Positions 44,766 through 52,459 of a stretch of DNA of 64,000 bases are shown piece by piece. Origin of the DNA: Xanthobacteraceae bacterium (GTDB lineage: Bacteria > Pseudomonadota > Alphaproteobacteria > Rhizobiales > Xanthobacteraceae). Where the stretch lies: NCBI GenBank assembly GCA_036562835.1, contig DATCJI010000356.1, positions 44 to 64,043 on the forward strand, written 5' to 3'. How positions within the stretch are numbered: the stretch's first letter is position 1; each line of letters begins with the position of its first letter. Below the pieces are notes generated by a model that saw only the letters and a program-made list of their open reading frames with translations, did not search any database and was not told where the DNA came from. The translations under genes were made by a program, and so were the position numbers.

Positions 44766-46334
44766 ATGAAGGCTCGGCTCGCATTCTGGTTTGGCGTGAC
44801 GATCGCCAGCATATTGCTCGCGGTTTCGGCGTTTTCCCAGCAGCGCGGCCCGCGTGTGGCACTGCTGATCGGAAACGCGAGCTACCCCGACGCCAGCACA
44901 CCCCTCTCCACGACCATCAGAGACGCCCGCGCGCTCGCGGATGAATTCCGCCGCAGCGATTTTGAGGTCGACCTGAAGGAAAATCTGGGCAAGGAAGACA
45001 TGCAGCGTGCGATCGACGCCTTCATGGCAAAGATCCGCACCGGCACCACGGCCCTGTTCTATTTCAGCGGCTACGGCATTCAGGTCGACCGGCAGAGCTA
45101 TCTCATGCCGGTCAACGCACAGGTCTGGACCGAAGCCGAGGTGCGCCGCGATGGCGTCAGCATCAACGGGCTTCTGGCTGACATGCATCGCCGGGGCGCC
45201 AAGGTCAAAATAGTCATTATCGATGCGGCGCGGCGAAATCCATTCGAGCGCCGCTTCCGCGCGGCAGCGGCAGGCCTCGCTGCGCTTGATGCGCCCGAGG
45301 GTACGCTCGCCATCTATTCGGCCGCTCCCGGCAAGGTGATAAACGACACCAGTGGCACAAACAGCATTTTTGTGAGCGAGCTGATCAAAGAAATGCGCGC
45401 CCCCAATCTGAGTGCCGAGGAGGTATTCAATCACACGCGCGTCGGGGTATCTCGGGCGACGAACAACGAGCAGGTACCGTGGGTTGCTTCCTCGCTTGTC
45501 GAGGAATTCTATTTTGGAACCCGGCCCGCATCGTCGAGCACCACGACAACCTCAACGCCACCCCCGCCGCCGCCCCCACCGCCACCCCCGCCGGAGGGAG
45601 GATCAGGGCAGCAGGCCAAGACCGGCGAAACATTCCGCGACTGTCAGGAATGCCCTGAGATGGTCGTAGTGCCCGCCGGCTCGTTCGATATGGGCTCGAG
45701 CGCCGAATATGAGAACCCGGCCCATCGCGTCAGCATCTCCAAGCAGTTTGCCATCGGCCGCTACGAAGTGACATTCGATGAATGGGACCGCTGCGCGGAT
45801 GAGAAAGGCTGCAAGTTCCGGCCCGATGATCGCGAATGGGGGCGGGGCAAGCGTCCAGTGATCAATCTCAGCTGGCTGGACGCGAAAGAGTTCGTGAGCT
45901 GGCTATCGCAGAAGACTGGCAAAACCTATCGTCTGCCGTCCGAAGCGGAATGGGAATATGCCGCGCGCGCGGGAACGACGACGGCTTATTGGTGGGGCCA
46001 GAGTGTCGGCTCACGGCAGGCGAACTGCCGCGAATGCAACAGCGGCGCGGGCTCCCAGACTCAGCCTGTGGGCTCGTATCCGCCGAACCCATTCGGCCTC
46101 TACGACACGTCCGGCAACGCGGCCGAATGGGTGGAGGATTGCTGGAACGACAATTATCGCGGCGCTCCCAAGGACGGCTCCGCCTGGACCACGGGTCAGT
46201 GCCGGCTCCGGGTACTGCGCGGAGGAGCATATGACAGCGCGGCGAAATACGTGCGCTCGGCGGCGCGTTTCCGCTATGATTCCGACGTACGGTACTCGGC
46301 CAATGGTTTTCGCGTCTTTCGCGAAATGCCGTAG
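44766..46334 (+). CDS. secreted caspase-fold (Tyr/Ala variant) protein fused via a poly-Pro linker to an FGE-sulfatase (SUMF1-like) domain
   Basis: Signal peptide MKARLAFWFGVTIASILLAVSAFS. The C14-like core is VALLIGNASYPD...ALFYFSGYGIQVDRQSYLMPVNAQV...KIVIIDAARRNPF, and the linker is TSTPPPPPPPPPPPPEGG. The FGE-type motifs are YRLPSEAEWEYAARAG, GNAAEWVEDCW, RVLRGGAY and GFRVFRE. Confidence 0.8.
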   Translation: MKARLAFWFGVTIASILLAVSAFSQQRGPRVALLIGNASYPDASTPLSTTIRDARALADEFRRSDFEVDLKENLGKEDMQRAIDAFMAKIRTGTTALFYFSGYGIQVDRQSYLMPVNAQVWTEAEVRRDGVSINGLLADMHRRGAKVKIVIIDAARRNPFERRFRAAAAGLAALDAPEGTLAIYSAAPGKVINDTSGTNSIFVSELIKEMRAPNLSAEEVFNHTRVGVSRATNNEQVPWVASSLVEEFYFGTRPASSSTTTTSTPPPPPPPPPPPPEGGSGQQAKTGETFRDCQECPEMVVVPAGSFDMGSSAEYENPAHRVSISKQFAIGRYEVTFDEWDRCADEKGCKFRPDDREWGRGKRPVINLSWLDAKEFVSWLSQKTGKTYRLPSEAEWEYAARAGTTTAYWWGQSVGSRQANCRECNSGAGSQTQPVGSYPPNPFGLYDTSGNAAEWVEDCWNDNYRGAPKDGSAWTTGQCRLRVLRGGAYDSAAKYVRSAARFRYDSDVRYSANGFRVFREMP

Positions 46335-46381
46335 CCCGCCTGCGATCCGCTTCGCTCTCTTGATGCAAACGGCGTAGTCAC

Positions 46382-48718
46382 GTGAAGCGGTTCTTTCCGC
46401 GAACCCTGTTCGCCAAGTACGCGATCGCCTTCGTTGGCCTCATTGTTCTGGTGCTGCTCGCAAGCGGCGCACTGGAAACCTGGTTCACATACAACGACAC
46501 AACAAAGCTGCTGGCCAAGGCGCAATCGGAGAAGGCGGAGACGACGAGCCGGCGTATCGAGCAGTTCATCGACGATCTCGAGCGTCAGATCAGCTGGGCC
46601 ACGCGCGCCAGCAGCACCACTCTTGAACAGCGGCGGGCTGATTACAGTGCGCTGCTTCAGCAGACGCCTGCCATCGATAGGCTCATTCACCTCGACAGTG
46701 CCGGAAAGGAAGATTTGCGCGTCAGCCGCCGGGAAGTGCTCCTCGGCAGCGGTATCGACTATTCCGGCAATCCACGTTTCACCGAGAGCAAAAATCGCGC
46801 CGTCTGGCTGTCACCGGTCTATTTTGACGGCCGCGAGCCGTTCGTCGCAATCGCCATGGAGCATTCGGGGCGCAATGCCGGCTCAACAGTGGCGGAGGTC
46901 AGCCTCCGGGTACTCTCCGATTTCATCGACCGCACGCAGATCGGACAAGACAATGCGGCCTTGATCGTGGGCCCGGATGGACGCTTGCTCGCCCATTCGG
47001 ATCCTGAGCGTCTTTTGGGCACGAGCCTCGCCGATCTGCCGCAGGTTGCAGCGGCGATCAAGCGACAGGGCGACACGCTCTTCGGCAAAGATCCCGATGG
47101 TCAGGCAGTGCTGACGGCCTGGTCGGCCATTCCACGCCTCAACGGTTTCGTTTTTTTCGAGCAACCGCGCAGCAAGGCGCTGCAACCCGTGTACGGCCTG
47201 CTGTTTCGAACCGCATGGTTGCTTGCGGGCGGCGTGCTGCTTGCCCTCGTGGCCGGCACTTTGCTGGCGCGCCAAATGGTCGTCCCCGTGCGCGCCTTGC
47301 AGGTAGGCGCACAGCAACTCGAGTCCAGCGATTTCGGCCACCGGATCAAGGTGCAGACCGGCGATGAGATTGCCGACCTTGCCCAGCATTTCAATCGCAT
47401 GGCTGACCAGTTGCAGAATTCGTATCGCGGGTTGGAGCAGAAAGTCGCAGAACGTACGCGCGAGCTGGCGCAATCGGTCGGCGAGCTAAAAGCGCTCGAG
47501 GAAATCGGGCGCGCACTCGCCTCCTCGCTCGACATCAACTCCGTGCTCGCAACCATTGTCAGCCGCGCGGTGCAACTGACCAATGCCGATGCAGGCGCGA
47601 TTTACCGGTACGACCCGCTGCATATGACTTTTGAGCTTGCTGAAGCCCACGCGCTCGCGCTGTCCGTGCAGGATCGGGTGCGGGCGGTGCGCATTAGCTT
47701 GGACGATAGCGCTATGGGGCGTGCCGCGAAGGAGGGAAAATCGCTGGCGATAACCGATCTGGCCAGCACCCCTAATTATCCGCTCAGGGACATTACCCTG
47801 GAGGCAGGCTTTCAGTCGGTCCTCATCGTCCCGCTGATCGGGCAAGATGAGATCCTGGGTGCGCTCGTCGTGCAGCGCCGAAATAAGGGAGAGTTCCCTT
47901 CCCGCATGGTAGAGCTGATGCAGACCTTCGCGCACCAGTCGGTTCTCGCCATGAAAAATGCGCGGCTATTCCGTGAAGTGCAGCAGAAGGGACGTGAGCT
48001 TGCGATCGCGAACGAGCACAAATCGCAGTTCTTCGCCAATATGAGCCACGAGCTGCGCACTCCGCTCAATGGCATGCTGGGCTTTTCCGAGCTGCTGCTC
48101 GACGGGCTCTATGGAGCGCTGCCGCAGAAAGCCATGGAGGTGCTGACCCGTATTCAGAAAGACGGCAAGCACCTTCTAGGTTTGATCAACGACGTGCTGG
48201 ATATTTCAAAGATCGAGGCCGGTCAGCTCACGCTTTCCCTTGGCGACTACTCGGTAGCAAATGTTGTCGAGGCAGTCGTTGCCTCGACCGATTCGCTTGC
48301 GCGCACGAAAGGGATCGAAGTGAAGACGGCGATTGCTGCGGGTCTGCCGCTGGGCTACGGCGATGAACGGCGCCTAACGCAGGTGCTCCTGAATCTGGTA
48401 GGTAACGCGATCAAGTTCACTGACGTAGGATGGGTTGAAATTCGGGTCGAAGGCGTCGACGATCATTTCAGGATTGCCGTGCAGGACACCGGGCCGGGCG
48501 TTCCACTTGCCGACCAGGCACGCATCTTTGAGGATTTTCAGCAGGTCGACAACAGCAGCACGCGTGAGAAGGGAGGCACCGGACTTGGACTTGCGATATC
48601 GCGCCGGCTGGTGGTGGCGCATGGTGGTGACATTACGCTGCAATCCATGCCTGGCGCGGGTGCCACATTCGTCGTCGTCCTGCCGCAGCGGGTAAGCGAA
48701 CACAGGCAAGCAGCATGA
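46382..48718 (+). CDS. sensor histidine kinase (two TM helices flanking a Cache-like periplasmic domain; HAMP, GAF, HisKA, HATPase_c)
   Basis: TM1 is AIAFVGLIVLVLLASGAL and TM2 is TAWLLAGGVLLALVAGTLLA. It has a HAMP region (DEIADLAQHFNRMADQL) and a GAF-like block. The H-box is FFANMSHELRTPLNG; the N/G boxes are LLNLVGNAIKFT and GTGLGLAISRRL. GTG start. Confidence 0.9.
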   Translation: MKRFFPRTLFAKYAIAFVGLIVLVLLASGALETWFTYNDTTKLLAKAQSEKAETTSRRIEQFIDDLERQISWATRASSTTLEQRRADYSALLQQTPAIDRLIHLDSAGKEDLRVSRREVLLGSGIDYSGNPRFTESKNRAVWLSPVYFDGREPFVAIAMEHSGRNAGSTVAEVSLRVLSDFIDRTQIGQDNAALIVGPDGRLLAHSDPERLLGTSLADLPQVAAAIKRQGDTLFGKDPDGQAVLTAWSAIPRLNGFVFFEQPRSKALQPVYGLLFRTAWLLAGGVLLALVAGTLLARQMVVPVRALQVGAQQLESSDFGHRIKVQTGDEIADLAQHFNRMADQLQNSYRGLEQKVAERTRELAQSVGELKALEEIGRALASSLDINSVLATIVSRAVQLTNADAGAIYRYDPLHMTFELAEAHALALSVQDRVRAVRISLDDSAMGRAAKEGKSLAITDLASTPNYPLRDITLEAGFQSVLIVPLIGQDEILGALVVQRRNKGEFPSRMVELMQTFAHQSVLAMKNARLFREVQQKGRELAIANEHKSQFFANMSHELRTPLNGMLGFSELLLDGLYGALPQKAMEVLTRIQKDGKHLLGLINDVLDISKIEAGQLTLSLGDYSVANVVEAVVASTDSLARTKGIEVKTAIAAGLPLGYGDERRLTQVLLNLVGNAIKFTDVGWVEIRVEGVDDHFRIAVQDTGPGVPLADQARIFEDFQQVDNSSTREKGGTGLGLAISRRLVVAHGGDITLQSMPGAGATFVVVLPQRVSEHRQAA

Positions 48719-49080
48719 GCAAGCGCATCCTTGTGGTTGAGGACACCGAGAACAATCGCATGATCCTCAATGATCTTCTTACCAATGCGGGCTTCGAGGT
48801 CATGGAGGCAAGGGATGGAGAGAAGGGCGTCGCGATGGCAGCCGAATGCCGTCCGGATCTCATCCTTATGGACATTCAGCTCCCGAAGGTGGACGGATAC
48901 GAGGCGACCCGCCGGATTAAGGCCAAGCCCGAGTTGCAGCACATCCCGGTGATTGCCGTCACCTCGTATGCGCTCTCGGGTGATGAGGCCAAGGCGCGGG
49001 CTGCGGGCTGTGACGGCTACATTGCCAAGCCTTTCAGCCCGCGCGTCATTCTCGCCAAAGTGCGCGAATTGCTGGCGTGA
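48715..49080 (+). CDS. single-domain response regulator (CheY-like)
   Basis: ILVVEDTENN...DLILMDIQLPKVDG...PVIAVTSYA...KPF. The ATG overlaps the kinase stop (ATGA). Confidence 0.9.
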   Translation: MSKRILVVEDTENNRMILNDLLTNAGFEVMEARDGEKGVAMAAECRPDLILMDIQLPKVDGYEATRRIKAKPELQHIPVIAVTSYALSGDEAKARAAGCDGYIAKPFSPRVILAKVRELLA

Positions 49081-49099
49081 CCGCAAAGGGAAACCCTGC

Positions 49100-50227
49100 T
49101 TGCGAAATCCGCCGCGCCTCCTGATCGCCGACGACAATCCCACCAACGTGGAAGTGCTGCGGGTTCGGCTTGCTGCGCAGGGATACGAAATCATTGCCGC
49201 AGCGGATGGGGAAGAGGCGCTCACCCGAGCGCGCCAGGATGAGCCCGATCTGATCCTGCTCGACATTATGATGCCGAAGCGCGACGGCATTTCCGTCTTG
49301 AAGGAACTCAAGGCGGACAGCAACTCGCGCTTCATTCCCGTCGTGCTGGTCACCGCTCGGGCCGACACGCGCGACGTCGTCGCCGGGCTGGAGGCGGGCG
49401 GCGACGATTATCTCACGAAGCCCATCGAACAGGCGACGCTTGTTGCCCGGGTGCGCTCATTGCTGCGCATAAAGGAGCTGCACGATACCGTGACCGCCCA
49501 AGCCGCGCAGCTCGCCACCTGGAATACGGCCCTGGAACAGCGCGTCGCCGATCAGGTAGGTGAGATCGAGCGCATGAGCCGGCTGCAGCGGTTCCTTCCT
49601 CCGCAGGTGGCGAAGATCATCGCATCCTCTGCAGAGGGCGAGCAATACCTCGCCAGCCATAGGCGGGAAATTACCGTTCTGTTCTGCGATCTGCGTGGCT
49701 TCACTGCATTTACCGACAACGCCGAGCCCGAAGAGGTCATGTCGGTATTGCGCGAATACCACGAAAGCGTGGGCGCATTGATCTTCAAATACGAAGGCAC
49801 GCTTGAGCGGTTCCTCGGCGATGGCATCATGATCATTTTCAACGATCCGATTCCGTGCGCCGATCATACCGAACGCGGGGTGCGGCTCGCTCTCGATATG
49901 CGTGAGGAAGTGGGCAAGGTGCTGCAGGCCTGGCACCGCAAAGGTCACACGCTCGGCTTCGGCATTGGTATTGCGTCCGACTACGCAACTCTGGGGCAGA
50001 TCGGCTTCGAGCAGCGGCGCGACTATACGGCAATCGGCAGGGTCACCAATCTGGCGTCACGCCTCTGCGATCAAGCCAAAGCGGGCCAGATCGTGATCAG
50101 CCAGCGTGCGTTGAGCGCAATCGAGTCCTCGGTCGAAGCGCGATCGGTTGGCGAGCTCACGCTCAAAGGGTTCGGTCGCCCGGTTCCTGCCTACGAAATC
50201 GTGCGCTGGCTAGGCGAGTCGTCTTGA
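49100..50227 (+). CDS. response-regulator receiver fused to a class III adenylate/guanylate cyclase domain
   Basis: The REC part reads LLIADDNP...DLILLDIMMPKRDG...PVVLVTA...KP. The cyclase part reads ITVLFCDLRGFTAF, RFLGDGIMIIFN and TAIGRVTNLASRL. The proposed TTG start at 49100 has AAGGG upstream. Confidence 0.8.
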   Translation: MRNPPRLLIADDNPTNVEVLRVRLAAQGYEIIAAADGEEALTRARQDEPDLILLDIMMPKRDGISVLKELKADSNSRFIPVVLVTARADTRDVVAGLEAGGDDYLTKPIEQATLVARVRSLLRIKELHDTVTAQAAQLATWNTALEQRVADQVGEIERMSRLQRFLPPQVAKIIASSAEGEQYLASHRREITVLFCDLRGFTAFTDNAEPEEVMSVLREYHESVGALIFKYEGTLERFLGDGIMIIFNDPIPCADHTERGVRLALDMREEVGKVLQAWHRKGHTLGFGIGIASDYATLGQIGFEQRRDYTAIGRVTNLASRLCDQAKAGQIVISQRALSAIESSVEARSVGELTLKGFGRPVPAYEIVRWLGESS

Positions 50228-51644
50228 CCAGCTTGGGCTCCAGAGCGCGCGTCGAGGGTCTTTGTCGCCGAACGGTGTGATCCGGCTCGCACCACGGTGA
50301 CAGTACATTCCGCCTCGGCCACAACGCGCGCGGACACGCTGCCCAGGAAACGGCGAAAGGCCGAGCTGTTGCGCGCGCCCATGATGATGTGGTCAACGTG
50401 ATTCTTGCGTGCGAACTCAATCAGTGCCGTCGCAGGATCGACACTTTCGACCACGTGATACGTAATTTGCGCGCCGGGCAGGCGATGTGTCCAGTGCTTG
50501 AGCTCAGCAAGCCGCTGCAGATGTATGTTGCGCCCCTCGGGATCCTCGAAATCATCCAGCCGAAACCGCGAGAGCGTCATCACATTTACGCAGGCAAGTC
50601 GTGCCCCCACTTCGGTCAACAGAGCCTGACGCACGGTCGTGAATACTGACTCGTTGAGCTCCGCCGATGCCCCGAGATCGACAGCGGCCATGAGAATGGG
50701 TGCTTTTATGCGATGCGGTGCACCCTCGTAGTGCGGACCGAGCCGGCGGCGATCCATCCAGCGCCGCACAGCCGTCATGGCGCCCCGCGGTTTCCTCCGT
50801 GTTGCGCGGCTGGTCAGGGAAACCTGGTCAGGATGTTGCAGCTCAAATGCGACTTGCGCCGCAGTTTGATACCGGGCCGTCGGGTCGATCTCCAGGCAAC
50901 GCAGGACCACCTCCTGCAGCCATGGAGGAAAGTCGGGGCGGCGCGCGACGGGGGGCTTTGGATCGTAGTAGAGCCGCTGATGCCACTCCCGCATGGTCGC
51001 AGGATCGCCAAACGGACGTTCTCCAGTTGCGAGGAAATAAAGGATGACGCCAAGCGCGAACAGATCGCTGCGGGGATCATGGCGGATTCCGTCCAACTGT
51101 TCCGGCGAGATATAGGGTCCCGTCCCGATCGGGCCATCGAATTCCTCAGCCAGCAGGTCGGGAAGGTGGAGATGCCTCGCGAATCCGAAATCAATCAGTA
51201 CCGCATCCTCGCCGCGCAGGATGACGTTGCTTGGTTTGACATCGAGATGGATCACGTTCTGCCGATGGATGTCGTGCAGTGCCGAGGCGATCTGCGCGCC
51301 GACTCGTGCCACTGCTAAATAATCGAGCGGCAGCGTTGAGGAACGATTTAACTGATGTTCCAGAAACGAGCTCCATTATGACGTACGGTCGCTCGAAATC
51401 GCCTGCGCCTACGAAACGGGGCACGTGTGGTCCGGAAAGCCTTGGCAGGATGGTGGTTTTCCGTTTCAAACCCGACGATTGTCAGCGGATTTTCTCCAGG
51501 ACGCATGAGCGGCATCTTGAGGATTGCGGGAAACGTCAAGTCGGACGCACTCACTCTCCACAGTGTGGACAACCCGCCGGAGGGCAACTCCTCCTCGAGG
51601 CGAAACTTGCCAATGCACTGTCCCGCTTCAAACCGAACGGCCAC
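50191..51644 (-). pseudogene. Ser/Thr protein kinase with C-terminal universal-stress-protein domain, split over three reading frames
   Basis: Subdomains I-III are in ORF 51348..51644 (GKFRLEEELPSGGLSTLW...PAILKMP). Subdomains IV-V are in ORF 51191..51469 (ILPRLSGPHVPRFVGAGDFERPYVIMELVSG). Subdomains VIb-XI plus USP are in ORF 50191..51312 (HLDVKPSN, DFG, SPE; USP HIIMGARN...VTVVR). The frame switches lie near 51448 (an aaaa run) and near 51335. Confidence 0.65.
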
Positions 51645-51646
51645 AG

Positions 51647-52387
51647 CTAGTATCCGCGTTCAAGCCGAATGCCGAGAACGAGCGGAAGGCCGGCATCCCG
51701 CACCTTGCGTGCGGCGGTCTCGACATCGTAGGGGATGCGGACATACGTGAGCAGATTGGCCGTATCATCGAGCAGCGCGTAACACGCCGCCGGATTGTGA
51801 TCGCGCGGCTGCCCCACCGAGCCGATCACAGCGAGCCATTTTAGGCGCACCGAAAGCGGCACATTGACGCCCGCGGTTGGAATGAAATGACCAACTTTAC
51901 CGACTGAGCTCAGATGATACATCGCCGGCACGTGCACATGACCGCAGAACGTCTGAGCGCAAGCGGTTGCCATCAGACTTTCTGATGCGGCATGCGCGTC
52001 AAGCACATAGTGCCAGTTCAATGGACCGTTTGCGCTCGCATGCACAAACAACCGGCGCTCTTCCTCGATTATAAGCGGCAGCGCTCTAAGAAACTCGCAC
52101 TGGCGGTTATCGAGCTGTTTTCGGGTCCATTCGATTGCGGCCTGGGCGGATGGATTCATCTGCTCGGAATCTGAGAACACGGCCCGGTCATGATTGCCCA
52201 TAAGCGCCACGGCGCCGCGCTGTACGTACGAAATAACCTTGTCGACGACCCAGCCGGGATCGGCGCCATATCCTACATAATCTCCGAGGAACACGTACCG
52301 CCCGACGCCGCAATCCTTCGCATGCGCGAGACATGCCGAGAGTGCCTCACGATTACCGTGCAGGTCAGCAAATAACCCTATGAGCAT
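51647..52387 (-). CDS. metallophosphoesterase (PPP/ApaH-like Ser/Thr phosphatase family)
   Basis: MLIGLFADLHGN (DxH), FLGDYVGYG (GDxxDRG-like) and MGNHD (GNHE/D) motifs. Its stop lies 2 nt from the kinase pseudogene start. Confidence 0.8.
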   Translation of the reverse strand: MLIGLFADLHGNREALSACLAHAKDCGVGRYVFLGDYVGYGADPGWVVDKVISYVQRGAVALMGNHDRAVFSDSEQMNPSAQAAIEWTRKQLDNRQCEFLRALPLIIEEERRLFVHASANGPLNWHYVLDAHAASESLMATACAQTFCGHVHVPAMYHLSSVGKVGHFIPTAGVNVPLSVRLKWLAVIGSVGQPRDHNPAACYALLDDTANLLTYVRIPYDVETAARKVRDAGLPLVLGIRLERGY

Positions 52388-52390
52388 GCC

Positions 52391-52428
52391 GCAAAAGCAT
52401 TCCGCCCCGCCAAATGGCGGGGCGGAAT
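52391..52428 (-). terminator. rho-independent terminator of the MFS/hydantoinase operon (minus strand)
   Basis: 13-bp perfect stem attccgccccgcc/ggcggggcggaat with loop aaat. On the minus strand it is followed by GCTTTTGC, and it ends 4-5 nt before the phosphatase ATG. Confidence 0.7.
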
Positions 52429-52459
52429 CCGATTCAACGCTTTCGAGCGGGGATGAACC

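Noticed and set aside
45559-45600. C-rich poly-Pro coding run as a possible slippage or phase-variation tract
   Set aside because: The codons are mixed (ccc/ccg/cca), so it is not a true homopolymer or a simple repeat. It is more simply an interdomain linker.
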